64,000 nt of DNA from NCBI GenBank assembly GCA_964416155.1, contig CAYQCW010000007.1:51088-115087 (forward strand), in the 5' to 3' direction. Numbering within the stretch: the stretch's first letter is position 1; every line of letters starts with the position of its first letter. Below, piece by piece: positions 46,440 to 55,805 of the stretch. Below the pieces are notes generated by a model. The model was not told where the DNA came from. It made no database searches and saw nothing but the letters and a program-made list of their open reading frames with translations. The DNA comes from an uncultured Nitrososphaerota archaeon (GTDB lineage Archaea; Thermoproteota; EX4484-205; JAAOZP01). The position numbers were made by a program, and so were the translations under genes.

Positions 46440-47720
46440 ATGATAAGGATAGGAGACTACGTGAAGGAGCTTGGCGACGAGGTTATCCTAGATTCGAGAA
46501 AACACCCGGAACCCCAGGTTCCAATTATGATAAGGGAAATCGACCCGCGAACCATTCTTTTTAGAGAGCCTTTCGAAGGCAAAGACCCGTTGATAGCAAA
46601 CCTATACTCCACCCGGGGCAGAGTGGAAAGGCTGATGAAAACGGGGAAAGGAACATTGTTCAACCATGTTTCCAAGGCTAAGCAGCGTCTTGTCAAACCA
46701 GTGGAAAGGAGCCATTGTTGGGGCGGAACATCCGACTTCGGTAGAATTCTCGGACTACCCTTATTAAAATACTATAGGGATGATGCTGGAAAGTATGTTA
46801 CTAGCTCCGTAATTGTGGCGAGGGATCCTGAGGATGGTGTTGTCAACATGTCAGTGCACAGGCTTCTCCACCTCGGTTCAAACATGTTTGCCGTGCGGAT
46901 GGTTGAGGGGAGGCATTTGCACCAGATATTCATGAAGCAGAAGGATAGTGGTAGGGATTTGAAAGTGGCTGTTCTGATCGGCACACCTTTGCACATAATC
47001 CTGTCTGCTTCAACCCAGTTGCCGAAAGAGGTTTCGGAAATAGACTATGCGGGAGCGTTAAACAGTAAGCCGCTTGAGGTCACATATTTCGACGGGCTCG
47101 ACTTGCCAGTACCTATTGAGTCTGAGTATGTTTTCGAAAGCAGGATAAGGATAGACCTAACCGCTAGGGAATGGATGACCGATATACTTGGCCTACCGGA
47201 TAAACCTAGGGATCAACCAGTGATGGAGGTTGACAAAGTCTATTGGAATGAAAACCCGATTTACCACGCGATACTCCCAGGTGGGCTTGAGCACAAGCTG
47301 CTAATGGGATACCCAGCGGAGGTCAAGATAAGGGAGAGGCTTGTTGAAAACAATGTTGATGTTAAGGATATCTGGCTTTCAAGCGGCTCGGGAGGATGGC
47401 TTCACTGCTTCGTAAGCATTTCGAAGAAACATGATGATGAACCTTTCAAGGTCATAAGTCTTGTGATGGAAGCACATGGCTCTGTGAAGGGGATCGTTGT
47501 GGTGGATGACGACATAGAACCAGGGAGCTACGAGAATGTGGATTTCGCGCTGGCTACAAGGTTTCAGGATAAACGTAAGTTTTACTTCTTTGAAGCAATG
47601 CGTGGATCCTCATTAGATCCTTCTAGCGATCAAGAAAAGCTGGTGACCTCGAAATGGGGCTTAGACTTAACCCTCCCCGTCGGGATCGACCGGAAACGTT
47701 TCTTAAGGAGCAGGATGTAG
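46440..47720 (+). CDS. UbiD-family decarboxylase (probable anhydromevalonate phosphate decarboxylase)
   Basis: DAGKYVT, NMSVHR, RHL, PGGLEH, VVVDDDI and GSSLDPS motifs; in an operon with acnX. Confidence 0.85.
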   Translation: MIRIGDYVKELGDEVILDSRKHPEPQVPIMIREIDPRTILFREPFEGKDPLIANLYSTRGRVERLMKTGKGTLFNHVSKAKQRLVKPVERSHCWGGTSDFGRILGLPLLKYYRDDAGKYVTSSVIVARDPEDGVVNMSVHRLLHLGSNMFAVRMVEGRHLHQIFMKQKDSGRDLKVAVLIGTPLHIILSASTQLPKEVSEIDYAGALNSKPLEVTYFDGLDLPVPIESEYVFESRIRIDLTAREWMTDILGLPDKPRDQPVMEVDKVYWNENPIYHAILPGGLEHKLLMGYPAEVKIRERLVENNVDVKDIWLSSGSGGWLHCFVSISKKHDDEPFKVISLVMEAHGSVKGIVVVDDDIEPGSYENVDFALATRFQDKRKFYFFEAMRGSSLDPSSDQEKLVTSKWGLDLTLPVGIDRKRFLRSRM

Positions 47721-47721
47721 G

Positions 47722-48879
47722 TTGAACACGTGCGTCACCAAAAGGATGTTAAAAAAAATACTTGAGGCAATGCAGCCCGGAAGGAAAAGATACGTTAAGA
47801 TAACTAGTGCGCATCTCTCTGGAATTTCATACTTAAATATTGGTGACGCTGGGCTTGAATTCCTCGAAGACTTAGGCAGGTCAGGGTTAAAGTTTAAGGT
47901 CAGAACTACGATAAACCCCGGATGCGTTGATTACGGCTCAACTGTTGAATGCAACCCGGAGGTTATTGAGAAACAGGAGAGAATAGTTCGAAGCCTAAAA
48001 AATATTGGAGCGGTTGAGTCGCTCACGTGCACGCCCTACTTGTTCGACAACCCGTTGAGAAGAAATCAGAAAATAGCTTGGGCGGAGAGCTCTGCGGTGC
48101 TATATGCAAATTCAATCATAGGTGCCTCAACGAATAAGGAGGGAAGCCTAACGGCTCTGGCTTCAGCCATACTCGGTTACACTGCGCGAACCGGCATATA
48201 TCTTCGGAACGGAAAGAAACCTAGGATTCTCTTCGAATATAATGATGAGCTTAAGGATGAGGTTGACTACGGGCTTTTAGGATACGTTATGGGAGTAAAA
48301 GCTGGAGTCGAAATACCGTATCTCCGAATGAAAAAATCCATCGGAAACATTCTGTGTTTCAAGCAGCTTCTCGCAGGCTTCGGCACCAGTGGAGCTGCAC
48401 CCATGGTTTGGATAGAGAACCTCACGCCAGGATTCTCAAGGGTGAAGAAACCCGTGAGAAAAATAATTCTTGATAGAACCGAGCTTGAAGATAGGAGGAG
48501 GATTCTTTCCGAGGAAGCCTCAGCGTTTAACAGTAAGAGGTTGATCTTCATAACAGGCTGTCCCCACATGTCTCCAGAGGAGATTAAGATTTTTCACGAA
48601 ACGCTTAGAAGCGTAGACAGGCTTTCTGCGGAAGCATGGGTTTTCACCTCTCGAAGCGCTTATTTAGAGTCTTTTAAAAAAGGCTTGCTGACTGATCTCT
48701 TTGAAAAAGGGGTTAGAGTGTTTAAAGACTCCTGCATTATGCATTGCAGCCTAAAGAAGGACGGGGCACACGTTATTACAAACTCGGTTAAAGCAGCATA
48801 CTACCTGCGTGGAAGCTTTAGGCTTAAAACAACCCTGAAGTCTTTTAAAGAGTTTGTTGAAGAATACGGTGGCAAGTAG
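47722..48879 (+). CDS. Aconitase X catalytic subunit (probable phosphomevalonate dehydratase large subunit)
   Basis: AHLSGISY.NIGDAG, TINP, TCTPY, WAESSAV and GCPH motifs. Confidence 0.9.
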   Translation: MNTCVTKRMLKKILEAMQPGRKRYVKITSAHLSGISYLNIGDAGLEFLEDLGRSGLKFKVRTTINPGCVDYGSTVECNPEVIEKQERIVRSLKNIGAVESLTCTPYLFDNPLRRNQKIAWAESSAVLYANSIIGASTNKEGSLTALASAILGYTARTGIYLRNGKKPRILFEYNDELKDEVDYGLLGYVMGVKAGVEIPYLRMKKSIGNILCFKQLLAGFGTSGAAPMVWIENLTPGFSRVKKPVRKIILDRTELEDRRRILSEEASAFNSKRLIFITGCPHMSPEEIKIFHETLRSVDRLSAEAWVFTSRSAYLESFKKGLLTDLFEKGVRVFKDSCIMHCSLKKDGAHVITNSVKAAYYLRGSFRLKTTLKSFKEFVEEYGGK

Positions 48880-49291
48880 CATGTTTTTAAAAGTAAAGGT
48901 TGTTAACACAGGTTTTGCAAAGGGAGCTCTATTGATAAGCCAGCAGCCAATATCCTTCTTCGGAGGGGTAGATCCGTCAACAGGAGTTATAGTTGAGAAG
49001 AACCATCCCCTGGAGGGTATAAGCCTGTGCAAAAGGATTCTCGCGGTTCCATCCAGCAAGGGGAGCACAGTAGGCTCCTATGTGATATATGGCCTTGCTA
49101 AAAGAGGCAAGGCCCCCTCAGGAGTAATAATTGGACAGGAGGACAGCATAATATCTGCCGGGGCAATACTTGGCGGAATACCGGTGGTTCTAGCTGATAT
49201 GCGGAGAATACTTTCCTTGTTCAAAAATGGGGAAACAGTCATTCTTGACGCAAAGAGAGGCAGAATACTGAGACCTGCTGCCAAGGCTTGA
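48854..49291 (+). CDS. Aconitase X swivel subunit (DUF126; small subunit)
   Basis: ISFFGGVDP.TG..HPL.G and KGSTVGSY motifs. Confidence 0.92.
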   Translation: MLKNTVASSMFLKVKVVNTGFAKGALLISQQPISFFGGVDPSTGVIVEKNHPLEGISLCKRILAVPSSKGSTVGSYVIYGLAKRGKAPSGVIIGQEDSIISAGAILGGIPVVLADMRRILSLFKNGETVILDAKRGRILRPAAKA

Positions 49292-49294
49292 AAC

Positions 49295-50599
49295 TCAAAG
49301 AGATATTTTAAAAGAGTACGGTCTCTCTCCGAAAACCCTTTTAGAGGCTTTGAAAACCCTTTCCCTGTGTTCTGGAAAAGCGTATACTCTTGCAAGACCC
49401 ATGAAGCCCTTCAGAGATTGAACCATAGGGGAAACATCGAAAACCGATTTAGGCGTTCTCTCAGAATCCTCCCTTCCTATTATCTTTACGTCGAAACCAC
49501 CGTGTTTCTCACCACTGTAATCAGGATGGTATGGTAGTGAGGGGACTGAAGGAAGGTCTAGGAAAACCAAGCTTGGGGCTAGACCAGCCTCCTCAGCGAT
49601 TTCATTTTCAAGGCTTCCTCTCAGTGATGGTCTGGAGATTAAAGAGTGGTATAGAGGATCCTCATGATGCATCATTATCTCGAATACTGATTTCAGCAAA
49701 GACCTGTTTAAATATCCGGTTACAAGCCTTTTAGCCAGCTTAGCTTCCTCAGTAGCCTTATCCATTGCGAGTATTCTCTGGATTACTGAATGGTCATCCA
49801 AGGAGACATATTCCTCTGGATCTTTAAATCCTGTTAGCCCTATTGCATCGTCAACCAAGAGCATCGCCCTCGAAAGCATTATCACCGCAGCCCTGACAGT
49901 CCTATGGAAGTAGACTGCCTTAAACATCATGTACCTTGCAATGAATAAGGATTCTAAAGCGTATAGTGCTGCCTCGTCGATGGCGAGAGAATCTTCCCAT
50001 AGAAGCATGGAGTCTATGATTCTCTCAGAATCTATTAAGCCGTATTCAACACCTGTGAAGAAAGAATCCCTAGGAAGGTAGTCGAGAATATCAGCGTCGA
50101 AGTAACTGGAGATTATCTGGTTAACCCACTTGCTTTTCGAACTGTCCTTGCCCACGGAGAGCCTAGAAACCTCTTCCACCGTAAACCCGGCTTTAGAAAC
50201 CAGGTCCGCAATCTCAGTCCCGCTTATAAGCATTGACACCACTTCTTCATGCGTCATACTCCTCTTCTCGCTGAGAACCTCTTCGAAAGTATGGGAAAAA
50301 GGCCCGTGGCCAATATCGTGCAGCATGCCAGCCAACCTTATAAGTTGAAGCTCCTCCTTATCCACTCTTTCAGGATAATAGTTAGCCAGGTGAGAAAATA
50401 TCTTACTGGCTGTCAGCATTACGCCCAGAGAATGGAGGAACCGTGTATGCGTGGCACCGGGGTAAGTCAGGTGGGCTCCGGCCAACTGCTTAATCCTTCT
50501 AAGCCTCTGGAAAACAGGAGTATCAATCACGCTTCTTTCCACGCCCGTTATGTGAATGTATCTATATATCGGATCCCTTACCTCCGCTACATACTCCAA
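49295..50599 (-). CDS. HD-superfamily phosphohydrolase (SAMHD1/dNTPase-like)
   Basis: RDPIY, FQRLRRIKQL, HTRF.HSLG, LHDIGHGPFSH, DAD.LDYL.RD and VYFH motifs. Confidence 0.92.
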   Translation of the reverse strand: MEYVAEVRDPIYRYIHITGVERSVIDTPVFQRLRRIKQLAGAHLTYPGATHTRFLHSLGVMLTASKIFSHLANYYPERVDKEELQLIRLAGMLHDIGHGPFSHTFEEVLSEKRSMTHEEVVSMLISGTEIADLVSKAGFTVEEVSRLSVGKDSSKSKWVNQIISSYFDADILDYLPRDSFFTGVEYGLIDSERIIDSMLLWEDSLAIDEAALYALESLFIARYMMFKAVYFHRTVRAAVIMLSRAMLLVDDAIGLTGFKDPEEYVSLDDHSVIQRILAMDKATEEAKLAKRLVTGYLNRSLLKSVFEIMMHHEDPLYHSLISRPSLRGSLENEIAEEAGLAPSLVFLDLPSVPSLPYHPDYSGEKHGGFDVKIIGREDSERTPKSVFDVSPMVQSLKGFMGLARVYAFPEHRERVFKASKRVFGERPYSFKISL

Positions 50600-50645
50600 A
50601 ACTTCAAGACATGCTTTAATAGAGCCTCTAATAAGCTTTAGGAGT

Positions 50646-51260
50646 ATGGTGGACAGGGAGAAAGGGGTTCATATAAGCTTTGAAGGAATAGATGGCTCTG
50701 GGAAGACGACTGTTTCCACACATCTCTACCTGAAGCTCAGGGAGAAGGGCCATCCTTGTTTCTACACGGTGGAGCCAACATTCATGCGGGTTGGAGCATT
50801 AATAAGGCTTCATGCTTCCAAGATACGGAACGCTCCGCAATACTACTTGGCACTACTCTTTGCTGCAGACAGGGTTGAACACTATGAGAGGGTGATTAGG
50901 AAGAGGCTTGAAAAAGGCTACTATGTTATTTCAGACAGATACGTTCACTCATCCATAGCATACCAGGGAGGACTCTTAAACGACCCGGAATGGGTTAGAA
51001 TCATTAACAACAGGGTTCCCCCACCTGATTTAGCAATCTACCTCGACATATATCCAGAGAATGCTCTCAGAAGGAAGAAGGTTTCAGGACCATTTGAAGA
51101 CGCGTCTCTCCTAAAAAAGATAAGGAATGTTTACTTGAAGCTTGTTGAAAACGGGGAACTAGTCATGGTTAACGCAGAGAAGCCCTTAGAAGAAGTATTA
51201 GGAGAAGCGACTAAAATTGTTGAGAGTAGGCTTAATATTGATTTATCAGGTTTAAAATAG
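50646..51260 (+). CDS. tmk: Thymidylate kinase
   Basis: FEGIDGSGKTT, LFAADR, DRY..SS.AYQG and PDL.IYLD motifs. Confidence 0.95.
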   Translation: MVDREKGVHISFEGIDGSGKTTVSTHLYLKLREKGHPCFYTVEPTFMRVGALIRLHASKIRNAPQYYLALLFAADRVEHYERVIRKRLEKGYYVISDRYVHSSIAYQGGLLNDPEWVRIINNRVPPPDLAIYLDIYPENALRRKKVSGPFEDASLLKKIRNVYLKLVENGELVMVNAEKPLEEVLGEATKIVESRLNIDLSGLK

Positions 51261-51761
51261 ACGAAAACCATCTGTGCTATTTTGCTTAAATATTAAGGTT
51301 GATGCTGAGAAATACGTATCGGATTGACTGGGAATATTGGAATAGGGAAAGGCTAGCCTATAAAAAGAGGCTGAAAAACGAACATAAAGCTAGGCTGAAA
51401 GGTTTATATGGTATGCGTGTGTTACACCGGAGGTGAAAAAGAAATTTCTCGAAATTTCTGGCTGCCCACCTATTACCCAGTCCTACATCTCTTGCAGATG
51501 CAACTCCCCTAGGCAAGTTGGAAAAATCCAATTCAACGGTTGACGCATATCTGGTACGTAGTTGGACTCAGTGAGTGGAATGCCACGAATGTTGAGGAAG
51601 TCCGCAAAGTCTTGGAAGTTTCCAATTCCTTCAGAAATATATCTGATGATAGTGGTGGACTCAGAAGATTATAGGCAACAGAATAACCTGAATCCATGAT
51701 CTTACCCCTTTTTTAAGATTAAAGCGTACCATTAAAGGAGTTTATGGAAAGCTTATTTTAA

Positions 51762-54023
51762 TCAGGTTAAGTCTTCTTCATCAAATTCCTTCGTTAAGAC
51801 TTCCCTTATCCTGCGAGCCTTAACGTCGCCTATTCCCTCAACCTGCTGGAGATCCTGCTCGCTCGCGTTGAAAACCCTTAGGGGAGTCTTGAAGTACCTT
51901 AAGAGCTTTATTGCCGTAGTCCTCTCCACCAGCGGTAAGCCGGAGAGAAGGAAAACCTGCTGGTCAGCAACGGTTTCAGGCTTCTTCTCACCCCTAACCT
52001 GAAGATGCTTCCTAAGCTCCTTCTGTTCTCTTAAGGCTATCACGTAGATGAGTTCCGCAGACTCCCTAGCGTCTCTAGACCATAATAGAACAGCCTTATA
52101 ACCTGTTATGAGCGCTGCAATAGCGCCTCTTATCGCACCCGGCCGAATATTGCTCGACGGCGCATAAACATCTTTCCCTTCAATCAGCAACACGGGTATT
52201 TCATAGGAGTCCGCCAGAAGCTTAGCCTGCTGGAAAAGCCTTGAGTCTATCATTGACGACGTGAAATCGTTAACCGTCTTCCTCTCAACGCATACTCTCT
52301 CGGAAAGAACATAGTCTCCCACGTCGAGCTGGCTGAAAGTAATCTTAGCCCCCAGGCGGGCGAGCTCATTGACGACGGGGCATGCTGACTCCCTGTTGTC
52401 AACTATTATGCTCACCTTATCTTCACCAGCCTCGCCCGACGGGATAAATTTTGTTAGGGCATAATTAGAATCCTTCTTAGACTCGTTTTGCCTCTGAATC
52501 ATTTTCATCTCCTCCATCATTTTTCTCTCTCGCCTGCGAGCAATCCAGAGATACTGTTCGTCGCGAGTATCTTGAAAGTATAGAATATATACTTTCCCAG
52601 GCGCATTGCGGCCTGTTCTACCTACTCTTTGAACAAACCTTATCCCGCTCGGAGTATTATCGTAGAAGACGATCGTGTCTGAGGAGGAGATGTCAAGCCC
52701 CTCCTCGCCGACCTGTGTCGCAACCAGAACATTGAATTCTCCTCTCTTGAACCTTGAAAGAACCTCGTCTTGCTCCTTTTGAGACTGCCCCCTGTCGCCG
52801 ATCTTGGAAGCCTGGCCCACCAGCCTCGTAACCTTCAAGCTCTCCACTGTGGAGAGCTCCTTCTCTATGTCTTTCGAGGCAGCACGGTAGCTCACAAACA
52901 CTATTATCCTTTTTACCCCGGATTCGAGCTCTTTTTTAGAAATCTCGATGAGCTCCAGCAGCTTCTCGTTAGCCTTCTGGAGCCTCAGGAGCTCAACCGC
53001 GTCCAGCACCCTCTTATCCGTGATTATTTGAGACAAGTATTTCGGCGAACCGGGTTTCCTAGTTCTCTCCACTATTCTGCTTATAAATTGAAGGAAGTAC
53101 TTGGGACCAAGTAGGTCCAGCCTTTCTAAAGCTATTATCAGGTATCTTGCCCTAGCTAAGTTTTTCAAAGCATCCACGAGCTCCGGCTTATCTAGAAACG
53201 GACGGTCTTTAATCGCGTTAATCATCTCCGTTATCTCAGTGAAGTTGCTTGGTCTTTTCTCCCATGGAAATGCTTTAAGTGCTTGACCAATCTGATCATT
53301 GATGAAGCCTTGAATAAGCGATCTGGCTTCTTTTACCAACGGGCTTAAAGGTACCGGTACAAGATGATACTCGATCCTCTTAACGTAGGGAGTAACATCA
53401 CTATCGCTCCGAGTCCTGAATTCTAGGCTTTTCATGCCAAGGTTTCTCATCAACATCTCAATATCCTCTCTGCGGGAACCCGGTGAAGCTGTTAGCCCCA
53501 GCATCAGTGGAGAAGGGCATTCTGAAGCATAGCGCTGGGCAATAGTTATGTAAGCGTAATTACCCTTAGCCCTATGTGCCTCGTCGAAAACTATCAGTAT
53601 TACGCGCGGCAGCTGAACATTCCCTTTCAGAATCTCGTTTCTGAATAACTGCGGGGTTGCGAAAACCAGCCTGTAGTCAGCGAAAACCCTTTTCCCCACA
53701 GGCGTCTCCCCCGTCCAAAGGGCAAGGAGATCTGGGTCAATTCTCAGGCAATCCTTGAAAAAATTGTAATGCTGTTCCACAAGAGGCTTAGTAGGGGCTA
53801 GGACAACACATACGCCCTCGCTTGCCCGAAGCTTCTCAGCAGCAACGAGAAGAGCTATCACGGTTTTTCCAAGACCTGTAGGAAGAACTACTAGAGTACT
53901 GTCCTTGAGAGCGGTTAACGAGATGTTTACCTGATAACTTCTTGCACGCACTTTTCCGCCCCTTATCAAAGGATGTATGATAAACCCCTCCGAATCCGCT
54001 TTAAAGAGGTTTGAAGCCGCCAT
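51762..54023 (-). CDS. hef: Hef helicase-nuclease (FANCM-like helicase plus XPF/ERCC4 nuclease and HhH)
   Basis: PTGLGKT, DEAH, TASPG, EEGLDI, QRVGRTGR, VDNRE, GDY..VERKT and GIG motifs. Confidence 0.94.
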   Translation of the reverse strand: MAASNLFKADSEGFIIHPLIRGGKVRARSYQVNISLTALKDSTLVVLPTGLGKTVIALLVAAEKLRASEGVCVVLAPTKPLVEQHYNFFKDCLRIDPDLLALWTGETPVGKRVFADYRLVFATPQLFRNEILKGNVQLPRVILIVFDEAHRAKGNYAYITIAQRYASECPSPLMLGLTASPGSRREDIEMLMRNLGMKSLEFRTRSDSDVTPYVKRIEYHLVPVPLSPLVKEARSLIQGFINDQIGQALKAFPWEKRPSNFTEITEMINAIKDRPFLDKPELVDALKNLARARYLIIALERLDLLGPKYFLQFISRIVERTRKPGSPKYLSQIITDKRVLDAVELLRLQKANEKLLELIEISKKELESGVKRIIVFVSYRAASKDIEKELSTVESLKVTRLVGQASKIGDRGQSQKEQDEVLSRFKRGEFNVLVATQVGEEGLDISSSDTIVFYDNTPSGIRFVQRVGRTGRNAPGKVYILYFQDTRDEQYLWIARRRERKMMEEMKMIQRQNESKKDSNYALTKFIPSGEAGEDKVSIIVDNRESACPVVNELARLGAKITFSQLDVGDYVLSERVCVERKTVNDFTSSMIDSRLFQQAKLLADSYEIPVLLIEGKDVYAPSSNIRPGAIRGAIAALITGYKAVLLWSRDARESAELIYVIALREQKELRKHLQVRGEKKPETVADQQVFLLSGLPLVERTTAIKLLRYFKTPLRVFNASEQDLQQVEGIGDVKARRIREVLTKEFDEEDLT

Positions 54024-54024
54024 T

Positions 54025-54354
54025 TTAACCCGTTCCCACGAGCTCGTCCCTTAGCTTTTTCAAGGTTTCAACGACACTCTTCATTTTAAGCTCGTCTTCA
54101 ACCTTAAACAGGTGTTTCTCAACCTCTCTTAAAAGAGAGAGGGCTTCCTCCCTATTATATTCTAGCTTGGACAGTTCCTCAACGCTTCCGGAGCCTGGGG
54201 CATAATGGTAGAGCCTGCCGCAGTTAACACACTCTATCCTCCCAGTCTTATACCTAAACAAAGGGGCTCCGCAGGCCTCACAGTGAATCGCCATCATCAC
54301 AGCTCCTTTTTGCAGTGCCTCCGCCATCCTCTTCACATCGAACTTGTAAGCCAT
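54025..54354 (-). CDS. UPF0148/autoantigen-p27-like zinc ribbon protein
   Basis: MAEALQKGAVM...CEACGAPLF...CVNC. Confidence 0.85.
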   Translation of the reverse strand: MAYKFDVKRMAEALQKGAVMMAIHCEACGAPLFRYKTGRIECVNCGRLYHYAPGSGSVEELSKLEYNREEALSLLREVEKHLFKVEDELKMKSVVETLKKLRDELVGTG

Positions 54355-54454
54355 ATTATCCAATTTTCTTCTATGAACCAACTATTTAAAGAGAGTAGAA
54401 AAACATATATTGAAACCATGGGCTTATTACCCCGCATTCGACGGAGGAGGAGAA

Positions 54455-54739
54455 ATGTCTAAGACGCCTCGTAAAAAGGACGTTGAAAACGAGGAGAAAA
54501 TCGCGAAAGCAGTGGAAATGCTGAGCTTCGTTGTGAACGATGTAACAACCCCTCGTAACATAAGGAACAGTATTAAAGAGGTTATTAGCAGCCTGTCGAA
54601 GAAGAACACTAGCCCGGGGATAAGGGCGGCGGCAGCCATAAATGTTTTAGATGAGATAAGCCAAGACCCTAATCTTTCAACAATATCCAGAACGAGAATA
54701 TGGAGTTCACTAACCCTTCTCGAAGACATAAAAGATTAA
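54455..54739 (+). CDS. UPF0147 family protein
   Basis: DVTTPRNIR..RAA.AI..LDEISQDPN..RTRIW; GGAGG upstream of ATG 54455. Confidence 0.9.
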   Translation: MSKTPRKKDVENEEKIAKAVEMLSFVVNDVTTPRNIRNSIKEVISSLSKKNTSPGIRAAAAINVLDEISQDPNLSTISRTRIWSSLTLLEDIKD

Positions 54740-54851
54740 CTCATCTTTCATAAATTAAGCAGCCTATAAGCCTCTTAAACCTATTGGAAACTTTAGTTTC
54801 TTCGGTCTACTCATCTAATCGAACCTGACATAAATAGCTTTGAAAACCGAG

Positions 54852-55805
54852 TTAATGGACCCCTTCTGAGACCTTAGGTATGAAGACTTTTGCACCTGCG
54901 TCTTTCAATGCTTTCACAAGCCTCCCTGTTTTTTCTTGAATCAGGAAAATCATCACTCCACCGTTCCCAGCTCCTCCAAGCTTAGCTGCTTTTGCCCCAT
55001 TCATCAAACCTATATTTCGCAGCTTCTCATCTATAGGATGCGCCCACCCAATGTTTCTCGCTATCTCATAATTCTCATTCATCAGTTCAGCTAGGATGTT
55101 CCAATCTGAATCAGCTATCGCCTTTTCTCCCTCATCAGTTACCCGGATTAATCGCCTTACTGCTTCAATTACCTTACCATCACCCTGAAGATACCTCTCC
55201 CTAATGAGTGTGTGAACATCTCCTGATCTTCTCCTTATACCCCAGTAGCCGCATACAAGAGGAATGTGCTTTACTTTCATCGGACGTATCTTCGCATAGG
55301 GTTCTCCCTCCCAGAGTTCACGATCTATATCTTTTCCAGAGAAATCCATGAAAAGCAGGCCTCCGAAGGCTATACAGTAACGGTCGTTGTAGCCCGCTGT
55401 TATGTCTAGTTCCTTATGTTCGATCTTCTGTGTGATTTCAGCCAGACGATAATTGGAAATATTCAGTTTAAACATTTTTCTACAAGCATTTAATAATGCA
55501 AGGATTATCGCGGTTGAACCACCCATTCCCGATTGTCTTGGAATCCTCGTCTTAACAGTAACTTCAAGCGGTTTGTCCCCTGAGACAAATCCTTCTTTCC
55601 TTAATCTTGTAAGAGATTTTTCAACGAGTCTAGTTAGTTCAGGTTCCTCTTCTCCGGAAATTGTTCTTACTGAGAATTTTCTCGACTGTTTAAGCCATAT
55701 GTGAGCTCTATATTGTATTGTCATCGATATCACTTTTCCACTGTAGATATCACTCGGATTTCCGAGAATACCGATTCTGCCAGGAGCTGAAGAATGGATG
55801 GTCAT
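54852..55805 (-). CDS. GHMP sugar kinase, glucuronokinase-like
   Basis: APGRIGILGNPSD, IPRQSGMGGSTA, AG..DR and KLGGAG.GG motifs. Confidence 0.75.
   Translation of the reverse strand: MTIHSSAPGRIGILGNPSDIYSGKVISMTIQYRAHIWLKQSRKFSVRTISGEEEPELTRLVEKSLTRLRKEGFVSGDKPLEVTVKTRIPRQSGMGGSTAIILALLNACRKMFKLNISNYRLAEITQKIEHKELDITAGYNDRYCIAFGGLLFMDFSGKDIDRELWEGEPYAKIRPMKVKHIPLVCGYWGIRRRSGDVHTLIRERYLQGDGKVIEAVRRLIRVTDEGEKAIADSDWNILAELMNENYEIARNIGWAHPIDEKLRNIGLMNGAKAAKLGGAGNGGVMIFLIQEKTGRLVKALKDAGAKVFIPKVSEGVH

Noticed and set aside
51290-51720. Short ORF fragments between tmk and hef
   Set aside because: Under 60 aa with no recognisable motif; possibly a gene remnant but not supportable
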